36,954 nt of DNA from Planctomycetota bacterium (GCA_038060895.1 JBBTCT010000009.1:1-36954); one strand, 5' to 3'; positions 18,407 through 28,201 are shown, numbered from the stretch's first letter. Notes: a model not told the origin generated them from the letters alone. Translations and numbers: made by a program.

Positions 18407-18621
18407 ATCCCCCGGAACGGCCCAACTCCTTGCTCCAGCGTGGATTATGGAATTGACGGTCTGCGACGGCTTGCCCCTCGCAGGCTCCCGTGCATAGACT
18501 GGATGTCAGTTTTTTTTGCACGGATGTCCGAACACTCGCCTGCCGGCCACTTCAGGATCCAATCAACTTCGGAGCAGGATCAGCGGTTTTCAATTCGACG
18601 GCCGTGTGGCACGCTGGAGGA

Positions 18622-19842
18622 ATGAAGCGCCTCGTCGTGATCGTGATCATTCTCGCACTCGGCGGCACGGCCGGGTGGTACTACTGGAGGAAGAAGGAGT
18701 CCGCAGCCACTCAGTACCGCATGGGAAAGGTCGAAAGGGGCGATGTGCTCGTCTCGGTCACTTCCACCGGCACGATCCAGCCTCTCACCCAGGTTCAGGT
18801 CGGCACCCAGGTCAGCGGCACGATCCAGAGCCTCGGCGCGGACTGGAACTCCGTCGTCACGACCAAGGTCGTTCTCGCCCAGCTCGACCCGGCGCTTTAC
18901 CAGGCCCGTGTCGACCAGGACCGCGCGAACCTGGCGCGAAGCGAGGCGGACGTCGAGCGCGTGCAGGCGGCGCTGACGCAGGCGGAGGCGGACCTCAAGC
19001 GGACCAAGGACCTGTTCGAGCAGAAGATGATCCCGCCGAGTGACCTGGACGCCGCCGTGGCAACGCGCGACGGGCTCGTCGCGCAGATGAAAGTGGCGCG
19101 CGCGGCCGTCGAGCAGAGCCGCGCCACTCTGCGCGTCTCCGAAGTCAACCTTGCCTACACCACGATCAAGTCCCCCGTTGACGGAATCGTCGTCTCCCGC
19201 AACGTCGATGTCGGCCAAACGGTCGCCGCCTCTCTTTCGGCGCCCACCCTTTTCGTGATCGCCGCTTCCCTGAAACGCATCCAGGTGCAGGCGAGCGTCG
19301 CGGAAGCGGACATCGGTCGCGTTTTCAAGGATCAGGTCGCGACGTTCACCGTTGATGCGTACCGCGAGAAGCGCTTCAAGGCCGCCGTCACGCAGGTCCG
19401 CCTGCAGCCGACGACGGTGCAGAACGTCGTGACGTACACCGTGATCCTGGAAGCGGACAACCTCGAGGAGAAGCTGCTGCCGGGTATGACCGCGAACGTG
19501 ACCTTTGAGGTGGAGCGTGCGGCGGGGGTGCTGAAAGTGCCGAACGGGGCGCTGCGGTTTGTGCCGGAAGGGGCCCAGGAAGCTGCGGCGGGGAAGCGCG
19601 AAGGCGGGCGCGAGTCCCGCGGGCGCGTCTGGGTGCAGGGCCCGGCGGGGCCCGTCGCCGTTGCCGTGGAAACCGGAGCGACGGACGGGTCGTTCACGGC
19701 ATTGAAGGGGGGAGACGTCAAGGAGGGGCAGGAGATCATCGTCGGGACGCTCAGTTCGACCAAAGACCCCGCGATGAACAACCCGTTCGCTCCGGCGGGC
19801 GGTGGGCGAGGCGGCGGGGGCGGCGGACGCGGTCCCCGCTGA
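18622..19842 (+). CDS. efflux periplasmic adaptor subunit (MacA/HlyD family)
   Basis: N-terminal TM; VQVGTQVSGTI, IKSPVDGIVVSRNVDVGQTVAASL, LLPGMTANV; GGAGG RBS. Confidence 0.92.
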   Translation: MKRLVVIVIILALGGTAGWYYWRKKESAATQYRMGKVERGDVLVSVTSTGTIQPLTQVQVGTQVSGTIQSLGADWNSVVTTKVVLAQLDPALYQARVDQDRANLARSEADVERVQAALTQAEADLKRTKDLFEQKMIPPSDLDAAVATRDGLVAQMKVARAAVEQSRATLRVSEVNLAYTTIKSPVDGIVVSRNVDVGQTVAASLSAPTLFVIAASLKRIQVQASVAEADIGRVFKDQVATFTVDAYREKRFKAAVTQVRLQPTTVQNVVTYTVILEADNLEEKLLPGMTANVTFEVERAAGVLKVPNGALRFVPEGAQEAAAGKREGGRESRGRVWVQGPAGPVAVAVETGATDGSFTALKGGDVKEGQEIIVGTLSSTKDPAMNNPFAPAGGGRGGGGGGRGPR

Positions 19843-19846
19843 CGAA

Positions 19847-20530
19847 ATGACCGCTTCCCTCATCGACATCGAGAACGTCACGAAGGTCTATCACCTCGGT
19901 GAAGTGGACATCGTGCCGCTTCGGGGAGTGTCCCTGCACATCGACGCCGGGGAGTCCATCGCGATCATGGGAGCATCGGGGTCGGGGAAGACGACGCTGA
20001 TGAACATCATCGGGTGCATGGACCGGCCGAGCGAAGGGACGTACCGGCTCGACGGGCAGGACATTTCGCGCGTGAACGCGGACGAGCGCGCGGGACTGCG
20101 CAACGCGAAGTTCGGCTTTGTGTTCCAGTCGTTCAACCTGCTTTCGCGGACGTCGGCGCTGGAAAACGTGGAGCTGCCGCTCCTTTACCGGCCGGGCGTT
20201 TCGTCGAAGGAGCGGCGCCGGCGAGCTCTCGCGGCGCTCGACCGCGTCGGGCTGTCGGACCGCCTCAATCACCATCCGAGCCAGCTGTCGGGCGGGCAGC
20301 AGCAGCGGGTCGCGATTGCCCGCGCGCTGGTCACGGACCCCGCCGTAGTCCTGGCGGACGAGCCGACCGGCAACCTGGACAGCACTTCCGAGCGCGACAT
20401 CCTCGCCATGTTCGCGGAACTCAACGCCGCCGGGATCACCGTGGTCCTCGTCACGCACAACCCCGAGATCGGCAAGCACGCAAACCGCGTGATCCGCATT
20501 CGCGACGGCCGGATCGTGGAGGAACCATGA
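19847..20530 (+). CDS. ABC transporter ATP-binding protein (MacB/LolD-like)
   Basis: Walker [31 protein letters not shown]. Confidence 0.95.
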   Translation: MTASLIDIENVTKVYHLGEVDIVPLRGVSLHIDAGESIAIMGASGSGKTTLMNIIGCMDRPSEGTYRLDGQDISRVNADERAGLRNAKFGFVFQSFNLLSRTSALENVELPLLYRPGVSSKERRRRALAALDRVGLSDRLNHHPSQLSGGQQQRVAIARALVTDPAVVLADEPTGNLDSTSERDILAMFAELNAAGITVVLVTHNPEIGKHANRVIRIRDGRIVEEP

Positions 20531-21747
20531 CGATCCTGCGCACCTTGACGCTCGCCGTGCGGTCGCTCCTTCGCAACAAGGTGCGCACCGCCCTCACGAT
20601 GCTGGGAATCGTGATCGGGATCGCGTCCGTGATCGCCATGGTCGCGATGGGACAGGGCGCTTCATCCATGATCCAGGACCAGATCGCCACCATGGGCCGC
20701 AACATCCTCATGGTCTGGCCCGGCGCGGCCTCCTCGGGCGGCTTTTCCTACGGAGGCGGGTCTTCCACAACCCTGACCGTCGAGGATGGAGAGGCCATCG
20801 TTCGCGAGGTCGGAAGCGTCCGGGCCATCGCGCCGGTCATCCGCGCGCGCTCGCAGATCATGTACGGAGGGCAGAACTGGGTTCCACAGAGCATGATGGG
20901 AACTTCGCCCTCGTTCACGGACGTGCGCGATTGGGACGTGCAGGACGGCAGTTTCTTCACCGACGCCGACGTCTCCTCGTCGAACAAGGTCTGCGTGATC
21001 GGCCAGACCATCGCCGAGACGCTCTTCAAGGACGAATCCCCCCTCCAGAAAACCATCCGCATCAAAAACATGCCGTTCACCGTCGTCGGCGTGCTCGACC
21101 GGAAGGGCACAAGCGCGATGGGGCAGGACCAGGACGACGTCGTGCTCGCGCCGTGGACGACCGTGAAAAAGACCCTTCAGGGCTCCGCATTCAGCAACGT
21201 GGATCAGCTCCTCGTCAGCGCCCACGAAAGCGTGGAGCTGGCGTCGACGGACATCACGGCGCTCCTGCGCCAGCGCCATCGCCTCGCGGAGCGCGAGGAC
21301 ATCGACTTCCGGATCCTCACCATGAACGAAATGGCCACGGCGGCGACGCAGTCCTCACAGGTCATGACCATTCTTCTGGCCGTCATCGCCTCGATCTCGC
21401 TTCTCGTCGGCGGCATCGGGATCATGAATATCATGCTCGTCAGCGTCGTCGAGCGGACGCGCGAGATCGGCCTGCGCATGGCCGTCGGCGCCCGCGGCCG
21501 CGACATCCTGATGCAGTTCCTCTCGGAAGCGATCGCCATTTCCGTGACCGCGGGGGTCATCGGGATGGCGCTGGGCGTCGGGGCAGCGCTTGCGATTTCG
21601 GAAATCCTGAAGTGGCCGACGCAGATCTCCGCGGGATCGATCGGCGTCGCCTTCGGGTTCTCGTGCGCGGTGGGCGTCTTCTTCGGGTTCTACCCGGCGC
21701 TGCGAGCGGCGCGGATGGACCCGATCGAAGCTCTTCGACACGAATAG
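20527..21747 (+). CDS. ABC transporter permease (MacB-like, FtsX domain)
   Basis: [63 protein letters not shown]; ATGA overlap. Confidence 0.95.
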   Translation: MTILRTLTLAVRSLLRNKVRTALTMLGIVIGIASVIAMVAMGQGASSMIQDQIATMGRNILMVWPGAASSGGFSYGGGSSTTLTVEDGEAIVREVGSVRAIAPVIRARSQIMYGGQNWVPQSMMGTSPSFTDVRDWDVQDGSFFTDADVSSSNKVCVIGQTIAETLFKDESPLQKTIRIKNMPFTVVGVLDRKGTSAMGQDQDDVVLAPWTTVKKTLQGSAFSNVDQLLVSAHESVELASTDITALLRQRHRLAEREDIDFRILTMNEMATAATQSSQVMTILLAVIASISLLVGGIGIMNIMLVSVVERTREIGLRMAVGARGRDILMQFLSEAIAISVTAGVIGMALGVGAALAISEILKWPTQISAGSIGVAFGFSCAVGVFFGFYPALRAARMDPIEALRHE

Positions 21748-21858
21748 GCGCGCGAGAAAATCCTGCGGGTCGGTCGGAGTCGACCCGAAAACGACCCCCC
21801 CACGAGTCACCGGTTCAAGGCCGACGCAGCCCGACTCGCGGGATTTTTCTCGCGCGCC
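21747..21858. repeat. ~112-bp imperfect palindrome
   Basis: GGCGCGCGAGAAAATCCTGCGGGTCGG ... CCGACTCGCGGGATTTTTCTCGCGCGCC; pairing extends imperfectly to about 50 nt per arm. Confidence 0.75.
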
Positions 21859-21899
21859 GTTACGACTGCGAGGCATCACGGGATATCATCGCCGCCCTC

Positions 21900-22436
21900 A
21901 TGCCCTTCGATTTCAAGCCTCTCGACATCCCCGGACTAGTCCTTGTTCGGCCTCGCGTCTTTGGCGACGCCCGAGGGTCCTTCATGGAGTCGTGGCGGCG
22001 TGACGAATTCGAGCGCGCCGGCATCCTTGCGGACTTCATCCAGGACAACGTCGCGGTCAGCACGCAGCGCGGCGTGCTGCGCGGCCTGCACTTCCAGCGC
22101 GATCCGCAGGCCCAGGCGAAGCTCGTTCGCTGCGCGCACGGCAGGATCTTTGATGTTGCCGTCGATTTGCGGCCGGGGTCGCCGACGCGCGGGAAGCACG
22201 CCGCAGTCGAACTGAGCGCGGAATCTCCGACGCTGCTTTTCGTGCCGCGCGGGTTCGCCCACGGGTACGTGACGCTGACCGCGGAGGCTGTCGTGGAGTA
22301 CAAGGTGGACGCGCCCTATGCGCCTGCCGCAGAAGGCGGTCTGGCGTGGAACGACCCGGCGCTGGCCATTGCGTGGCCGGTCAAGGAGCCTCTTCTGAGC
22401 GACCGTGACCGCGCCTGGCCTGCCCTCTTGATTTAG
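21900..22436 (+). CDS. rfbC: dTDP-4-dehydrorhamnose 3,5-epimerase
   Basis: FGDARGSFMESW, QDN, GVLRGLHFQ, QAKLVRC, IFDVAVDLR, VPRGFAHG, WNDP. Confidence 0.95.
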   Translation: MPFDFKPLDIPGLVLVRPRVFGDARGSFMESWRRDEFERAGILADFIQDNVAVSTQRGVLRGLHFQRDPQAQAKLVRCAHGRIFDVAVDLRPGSPTRGKHAAVELSAESPTLLFVPRGFAHGYVTLTAEAVVEYKVDAPYAPAAEGGLAWNDPALAIAWPVKEPLLSDRDRAWPALLI

Positions 22437-22572
22437 GGATACAAGTGGTGGGTCTGTAAGGAGTTATGAATTGAGTAGCGGCCTTCCGGTTTTGCCAGAA
22501 CTCCGGGCGCGATGCAGGGTTTAGACCTTGTCCAACCGAAACTCACCCCGCCACCCATCGAGGGATTCTGAC

Positions 22573-22863
22573 ATGCGCCGATTTGCAATCGCCTTCCTCG
22601 CCCTCTTCGTCGCTCTCGCCCCAACCCTCGCCTTCGCCGAAGACGGTCGCGGTCCCGGCAGGCCCCGCGCCGCAGGCGGGGATCACAAGAAGGGCGACAA
22701 GCCCGACAGCAAGCCCGGCGACAAGGCCGGACGGCGCGAAAAAGCGCGCGACCACATGAAGCGCCATAAGAAGGGGCGCAAAGGCGTGCGCCGCCATCAC
22801 CGTCGCCACCATCGCCGCCATCAGCATCACCAGCGCCGCCAGGGTGGCCGCGGCTCGAAGTAG
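22573..22863 (+). CDS. small secreted His/Arg/Lys-rich protein (96 aa)
   Basis: Signal peptide MRRFAIAFLALFVALAPTLAFA; GAGGGA RBS; RHHRRHHRRHQHHQRR tail; own terminator. Confidence 0.75.
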   Translation: MRRFAIAFLALFVALAPTLAFAEDGRGPGRPRAAGGDHKKGDKPDSKPGDKAGRREKARDHMKRHKKGRKGVRRHHRRHHRRHQHHQRRQGGRGSK

Positions 22864-22882
22864 ATTTCAACCGTTTACCCGA

Positions 22883-22910
22883 AGGCCCGGCCAACCGCCG
22901 GGCTTTTTTT
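22883..22910 (+). terminator. intrinsic terminator
   Basis: GCCCGGC-caacc-GCCGGGC followed by T7. Confidence 0.85.
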
Positions 22911-22924
22911 CGTTCGGAGACAAC

Positions 22925-23866
22925 ATGCCCCTTCGCCGCTCCATCTTTGCCCTCTTACTCGCTGCTTCCGCTGCGCTCGCCGACGAGGCTGCATGGGAAA
23001 AATTCGCCGGGGAGGGCGCGAAATTCCTCGAGGAAGGGAAGTATGCGGACGCCGAGGGCCGCCTTCGCGCCGCGCTTTCCGAGGCGGAGCAATTCGGCGA
23101 CTCGGACGAACGCCTTGCGACGACCCTGACCGACCTCGCCGAGGCACTTCGCGGACGCCGAAAGCTCGCGGACGCGGAGCCCTACTGCAAGCGCGCCCTC
23201 GCCGTGATCGAGAAAGCGCTCGGCGCTGACGACCCCGGCGTCGCCGGCCCGGTCGCAGACCTCGCGGACCTTTACCGCGACCTCGACAGGCCGGCACAGG
23301 CCGAACCGCTCTATCGCCGCGTGCTCACGCTCGTGGAAGCAGAGTCGGGCGCCGCTTCCCTCGATGCCGCCGACGCGGACGCCGACCTCGGGGGGATCCT
23401 CATGGCGCTGAAGAAATTCGACGAGGCCAGGACGTTCTTCGACAAGGCTCTGAAGATCCGCCAGGAGACGAAGGGGGCGGATGCGCTGGATCTTTCCGAC
23501 AGCGAAAGCGATCTCGGAGACCTGCTGGCCGCTCAGGGAAAGGACGCGGACGCCGAGCCGCACTATCGCAAAGCGCTCGACCTGCTGCGGAAGGCGAAGA
23601 GCGCCGGGGCCGCGGACCTGGCGGACGCGCAGGCCGACCTGGCCGAGACACTCGCGAAGATCGGGAAGCCGGAGGAAGCCGAGAGTCTCTGGAAAGGCGC
23701 CGCGGACGGGTATGCGAAAGGCGGGGAGGAACTGCTCGACGAACTCGCCGATGCGCTGGAAGGACGTGCCGCGGCGCTGCGCGCCGTGAAGAAGGACGAA
23801 GAGGCTGCCAGGGTGGACCTCGAAGCGGCGGAAGCGCGGAAGAAGGCGGAATCCGTGGCGCGCTGA
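22925..23866 (+). CDS. secreted tetratricopeptide repeat protein (kinesin-light-chain-like TPRs)
   Basis: Signal peptide; repeated AEPYCKRALAVIEKALG / AEPLYRRVL / AEPHYRKAL; GGAG RBS. Confidence 0.85.
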   Translation: MPLRRSIFALLLAASAALADEAAWEKFAGEGAKFLEEGKYADAEGRLRAALSEAEQFGDSDERLATTLTDLAEALRGRRKLADAEPYCKRALAVIEKALGADDPGVAGPVADLADLYRDLDRPAQAEPLYRRVLTLVEAESGAASLDAADADADLGGILMALKKFDEARTFFDKALKIRQETKGADALDLSDSESDLGDLLAAQGKDADAEPHYRKALDLLRKAKSAGAADLADAQADLAETLAKIGKPEEAESLWKGAADGYAKGGEELLDELADALEGRAAALRAVKKDEEAARVDLEAAEARKKAESVAR

Positions 23867-23872
23867 GCGCGC

Positions 23873-24751
23873 TTACTTCCGGAGCTTCTCCGGAACGTCT
23901 TTCTCCGCGGCGGCGGACACATTGCTTCCCTGGCCCAGCGTTGCGTGCGACAGGGTCCCGTCCTCCAGAACCCAGGCCGTCAGCATTCCTTCGACCTTGA
24001 CGGATGCCGCCTTGATGCGCCCCTGGGGCGCGTCCGTGAATTCAGGCTCGCCCATGCGGATTTTCGTCGTTGCCGGCTCCTGCTCCGTCGTGTCCCACAC
24101 GACGATCTCGGGTTCGTGAGGCGGGTCCGCGGCGATCGCGGCGGCGAAGCGGATGATGGTCCAGTCGGTCCACGGCAAGCCCGCGCCCGGCAGCTCGTCC
24201 TTCTTTCCCTTCTCCTCGATCACGCACACGCCTTCCCTGAACTCGGCCTTCACCTCGTTTTTCGTTTCGCCGTCGCCAAGCGTGGAAACGATCGCTCGCG
24301 GCGAAAAATCCCGGTCCGTTTCGACCGTCTGGCTCAACTTCACCTCGTCCATGAACACGGTCTCGACCAGCGTCCACCCGCCCTCGCGGTGCCGGGCCTC
24401 GAGCTTGACCCACGCAACCGATCCTTTGCGCTCCCACTTGAACCAGGAGACTCCGGCCCCGATGGCTTTCGCGGCGCGACGGTCGAACTCGAGCTTCCTC
24501 AGAAGCGATTTCCCCTGTCGGCCGAGGGGCGTATCGCCCGCGGATGCGAGTTTCTCCAGCGCCGGCCTGGCTGCATCCCCCGCGTCCCTCAATCCTTCCC
24601 GAGCCGCAAGCCGCACATCCGGGTCTTCGTCGCGCAGGTCTTCAATCAGCTCTTCCACCGTCTTGCCCGGCGGAGACGCAACCGCCGCGGACCGGAGGGA
24701 GGCCGCGGCGGCGAGAAGGGCGATGAAGACGGCGGAGGGGAAGCGTCGCAC
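23873..24751 (-). CDS. secreted protein with N-terminal HEAT repeat and beta-rich C-terminal domain
   Basis: Signal peptide; LIEDLRDEDPDVRLAAREGL. Confidence 0.7.
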   Translation of the reverse strand: MRRFPSAVFIALLAAAASLRSAAVASPPGKTVEELIEDLRDEDPDVRLAAREGLRDAGDAARPALEKLASAGDTPLGRQGKSLLRKLEFDRRAAKAIGAGVSWFKWERKGSVAWVKLEARHREGGWTLVETVFMDEVKLSQTVETDRDFSPRAIVSTLGDGETKNEVKAEFREGVCVIEEKGKKDELPGAGLPWTDWTIIRFAAAIAADPPHEPEIVVWDTTEQEPATTKIRMGEPEFTDAPQGRIKAASVKVEGMLTAWVLEDGTLSHATLGQGSNVSAAAEKDVPEKLRK

Positions 24752-24755
24752 GGCG

Positions 24756-25784
24756 CTATTTCGGAGTTTCCCCGCCGGGGGGCGGCTTCTGGAACGTCTT
24801 TTCGTTTTCCTTCCACCACAAGTCCCAGCCCTTGCCGTTGGGCATGTGAGTCCCGGTGATCAGGTCGAGGCTCTCCTCAACCTGTTTCTCGAGGGCGTTT
24901 TTGCGCGGGACATCTTTCGCCGGTATGCGCGGGTTCTCGAACTCCTTGTAAAGCTTGATCAGGTCCGGGATCGCGTCGCGGTGCCCCATCAATCCCAGCG
25001 CGATGATCGCCTCCCGCTGAAGGTCGAGGCTGAATTTCGTTTCCTTCATGATCTGCCTGAGCTTCGCCACCTGCTTCACGTCCTTCGATCGCCCCAGGAT
25101 GCCGATCATGGACCGCGCATACTTGAGCTTGTCGACGTTCTTGTCGAACAGCTTGGCCGCCTCGGCGGCGACCTCGGGAGAACGCTGGCCTTTCGCAACT
25201 TCAATGGCCAGATCCCGCACGCTGTCCTCGACCGTCGGCTGAATCCAGGGAATGACGGCGAGCGCAACCAGCTTGTGCTTGGTCGAAGAGATCGCCGTGA
25301 GCGCCCTCATCTGCTCCTCGGGATTTCCCTTCTTCATGTCCGCATTGAATTTCTGGAGCAGCACCTTGATGCGATCGGCTTCCTTCTTCGCAGCCTCCGC
25401 GGCGGCAACCTCCGCGTCCACCGTTCCGGCCTCCGGTTCTGCAGGGGGCGGTGCGACAGGATCGTCCGGCGGCGGCTCGGCCGGCGGAGGCGGTTCTTTC
25501 GGAGGCTCCTTCGGCGGTTCCTTCGGGGGCTCCGGCGGAGGTTCCTTCGGCTCTCCGCCGCCGAGTTCGTCGTCCCCCTTGGTGGTCCCGGAAGACGGAG
25601 TTTCCGGCGGCTTCTCTTCGGCTCCCAGCTCGTCCGGCGGCTTCTGCGGAGGAGTCCCCCCGCCAGCCGGCTCTTTCTCGCCGCCACCCAGCTCGTCGTC
25701 ACCCGGCTCGCACCAGGCCGCCTGGCCGGACAAAAGCGCCAGGACGAGCCCGCTCGTCACACACCCCAGTCGCCACGCGTTCAT
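24756..25784 (-). CDS. secreted HEAT-repeat protein with Pro/Glu/Lys-rich N-terminus
   Basis: ATG 25784 after AGGAGG; GDDELGGGE and EPPK repeats; LQREAIIALG..AIPDLI; ITG...W..WW C-terminal motif. Confidence 0.8.
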   Translation of the reverse strand: MNAWRLGCVTSGLVLALLSGQAAWCEPGDDELGGGEKEPAGGGTPPQKPPDELGAEEKPPETPSSGTTKGDDELGGGEPKEPPPEPPKEPPKEPPKEPPPPAEPPPDDPVAPPPAEPEAGTVDAEVAAAEAAKKEADRIKVLLQKFNADMKKGNPEEQMRALTAISSTKHKLVALAVIPWIQPTVEDSVRDLAIEVAKGQRSPEVAAEAAKLFDKNVDKLKYARSMIGILGRSKDVKQVAKLRQIMKETKFSLDLQREAIIALGLMGHRDAIPDLIKLYKEFENPRIPAKDVPRKNALEKQVEESLDLITGTHMPNGKGWDLWWKENEKTFQKPPPGGETPK

Positions 25785-25794
25785 CGCAGGCCTC

Positions 25795-26655
25795 CTACTT
25801 CCCGCCCGATCCATCGTCCGGGGGCGGAGTTTTCTTTTCTTTCTGGAACGTCTCCGCGTTCTTGATCCACCACTGCCGGTACTGCGAGCCAAGCTTGTTG
25901 TCCTGCCCCGTGATCTTCTTGAGAGCGTCGATCACGGCGCTGTTCAGGTCCGCCCGCCTCTGTTTCATCTTCGCATCGTTCGGACCGGCCTTGTCCTGCT
26001 CTTCCAGCTCCGAAATCAGCGGCGAAATCGCATCGCGATGCCCGATCTTTCCCAGCTGCTCCGCCGCGATCTTGCCCAGCCCGACCCGCCCGTCCCTTTT
26101 GTCCCGCACCATGTCCACCAGCTCGTCAATCGCCTTCCAGCACTTCGTCTCGCCGTAAATCGTCACCAGTCTCTGCACGTACGTCAGATTCGTCCGGTTC
26201 TGGTCGATCATCTTCTTCACGCCGTAATACGTCTCGTCGAAGGGCTGCTTCTTCAGCACTTCGAGCGCCGCATTGATGGTCGAGTCCCCATACTGGAGGC
26301 CAGCCTTGATCTGACGCGGATTCAGGTACGGGATGACCGCCTGCGCGATCAGCGGGTGCTGGACGCCACCACCGCCTCCGACGCATTCGCCGATCGCCGA
26401 CGCCCGCTCCTGGTCCGTCTTCGCGGCTTCCATCCGCTTCTTCAAGGTGTCGGCCTTCTCCTTCGCCGTCGCCTCCACCAGCCTCAACCGCAATTCCTCC
26501 TCGGTCGGCGGCTTCACCGGCGGATCGTCCGGCGGTGGCTCCGGCGGCGGCTCCGCAGGCGGCGGATCCTTCGGCGGATCGGCCGGGGGAGCGTCCTGCG
26601 AAAAGGTCGGAAGCGCAATCAAGCCAGCCAGCACCAAGGCCGTCAGAATTCTCAT
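25795..26655 (-). CDS. secreted HEAT-repeat protein, paralog of the downstream gene
   Basis: GGAGGA RBS; signal peptide; Pro-rich linker; AAEQLGKIGHRDAISPLI; ALKKITGQ..YRQWW. Confidence 0.8.
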   Translation of the reverse strand: MRILTALVLAGLIALPTFSQDAPPADPPKDPPPAEPPPEPPPDDPPVKPPTEEELRLRLVEATAKEKADTLKKRMEAAKTDQERASAIGECVGGGGGVQHPLIAQAVIPYLNPRQIKAGLQYGDSTINAALEVLKKQPFDETYYGVKKMIDQNRTNLTYVQRLVTIYGETKCWKAIDELVDMVRDKRDGRVGLGKIAAEQLGKIGHRDAISPLISELEEQDKAGPNDAKMKQRRADLNSAVIDALKKITGQDNKLGSQYRQWWIKNAETFQKEKKTPPPDDGSGGK

Positions 26656-26672
26656 GTTCGTTCCTCCGCCCC

Positions 26673-27533
26673 CTAGAGTTTGCCTGCCGCAGCCGGCTCA
26701 GCACGGAACGCCTCGATCAACTGCGCGAGGCGCTCCTTCATGTCCGGACGCGGCACGATCTGGTCGATGAATCCATGCTCCAGCAGGAATTCTGAACGCT
26801 GGAACCCGTCCGGCAATTCCTGCTTGATGGTTTGCTTGATCACCCGCGGGCCCGTGAAACCGATCAGCGCCTTGGGTTCCGCGATGATGACGTCGCCCAG
26901 CGAAGCGAAGCTCGCCATGACGCCGGCCATCGTCGGGTTCGTCAGCACGGAAATGAACAGCCCGCCGGCCTCGTGCAACCTCGCGATGGCCGCCGATGTC
27001 TTCGCCATCTGCATGAGCGAAAGCGCTCCTTCGTACATCCGCGCGCCGCCCCCCGACCCCGAAACGATGATCAGCGGCAGGCAGTGATCCTTAGCGTACT
27101 CCGCCGCCCTCGCAATCGTTTCTCCCACAACGCTTCCCATCGAGCCCATGATGAAGCGGCTGTCGGTCACGACGATCGTCGCCGGCTTGCCGAGAATGTC
27201 CCCGGTCCCCGCGACCACGGCGTCCTTAAGTCCCGTCCGCGCTTGCTCTTCCCGCACCTTGTCCACATACGCCGACTCGGCCTTGAACTGGAGCGGGTCA
27301 GCCGGCGACAGGTTGTTCCAGCGCGCGACAAACGTCTCGTCGTCTACCAGGATCGCGATCCGCTGGTCGCTCGTCAGCGTGAAGTGAAAGTTGCACTCCG
27401 GGCAGACGCGGTATTTCTCCTCGACCACCCGCTTGTAGACCGTGGCGCCGCAGTCCTCGCAGCGCATCCACAAGCCGTCGGGGATCAGTTTCTTCCGGCG
27501 CGAAATGAAGCGCCTCAACCCGTCGAACGCCAT
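26673..27533 (-). CDS. accD: acetyl-CoA carboxylase carboxyltransferase subunit beta
   Basis: IPDGLWMRCEDC..VCPEC zinc finger, GSMGSVVGE, GGARMYEG, LMQMAKT, IGFTGPRVI, FQRSEFLLEHGFID. Confidence 0.97.
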   Translation of the reverse strand: MAFDGLRRFISRRKKLIPDGLWMRCEDCGATVYKRVVEEKYRVCPECNFHFTLTSDQRIAILVDDETFVARWNNLSPADPLQFKAESAYVDKVREEQARTGLKDAVVAGTGDILGKPATIVVTDSRFIMGSMGSVVGETIARAAEYAKDHCLPLIIVSGSGGGARMYEGALSLMQMAKTSAAIARLHEAGGLFISVLTNPTMAGVMASFASLGDVIIAEPKALIGFTGPRVIKQTIKQELPDGFQRSEFLLEHGFIDQIVPRPDMKERLAQLIEAFRAEPAAAGKL

Positions 27534-27580
27534 GCGGCTCTCCCGGAATGGAAGTCAGGTCCATTTTAAGGGCGAATCGC

Positions 27581-28201
27581 TCAAGCTTCCATGTAGAAAT
27601 GCGCAAGGAGACACTTCTCAACCCACGCGTCCCGCTTCGACGTCGCCTCCGCCACCATCCCGCCCACATGGATACGCCCCACGGGAAGGGGTTTCCGCAG
27701 TCCCTCCGAGGCCACGAGGACCGCTTCCGCGCCTGCCCGCTCAACCAGGCGCCAGACGGCAAATCTGCCGCCAGCCGTGATCCTGACGGGAATGGGGGTC
27801 CCCAGCGTCGGGACGAGCATGGCGAGCCCGGAGGCGAACTCCAGCGGCTCGGCGACGGGTTCCGCGACGCCCGTGACAATGGCAGTCTTGAGTGGCGGGG
27901 CCTCACCGGCGAATCCCGCAGGCGTCGTCCGAATCGGCAGCGACCGCTCGCGCCGCGCCCTCATTTTGCCGTCCAGCATTCGCAGCGCTTCGTCCCGCTC
28001 CGCGGGTCGGAGCCCGTCAAGGTGCATCTCGAACTGCAGGAGCGCCACGGAGTCCGCGTGCAGCCGCCCGGCCTGCATCGCGACCTCGCCCGCCGTGATT
28101 TCGCCGTCCCCTGGCCGGGTGAAAGGGCTCCAGAAGTAGCCGCCGGCGTCGTACGTTTGCGCGAACTCCGCCAGCGAGTCGATTTTCTGCAGCTTCTTCA
28201 T
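27581..28201 (-). CDS. hypothetical protein (206 aa)
   Basis: Protein-like C-terminal part of the long ORF, starting MKKLQKIDSL..YDAGGYFW..GDGEITAGEV; TATACT 7 nt before the ATG. Confidence 0.65.
   Translation of the reverse strand: MKKLQKIDSLAEFAQTYDAGGYFWSPFTRPGDGEITAGEVAMQAGRLHADSVALLQFEMHLDGLRPAERDEALRMLDGKMRARRERSLPIRTTPAGFAGEAPPLKTAIVTGVAEPVAEPLEFASGLAMLVPTLGTPIPVRITAGGRFAVWRLVERAGAEAVLVASEGLRKPLPVGRIHVGGMVAEATSKRDAWVEKCLLAHFYMEA

Noticed and set aside
18606-18620. Sigma54 site before the efflux adaptor (TGGCACG)
   Set aside because: No GC at the -12 position; the sequence runs into the RBS.
21747-21858. attC site, SRP RNA or 6S RNA
   Set aside because: Lacks RYYYAAC/GTTRRRY cores and the SRP helix-8 motif; too short for 6S; no integron integrase in the window.
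25480-25700. CRISPR-like or non-coding repeat array
   Set aside because: Short in-frame repeats encoding EPPK and DDELG linkers; no spacer structure and no cas genes.
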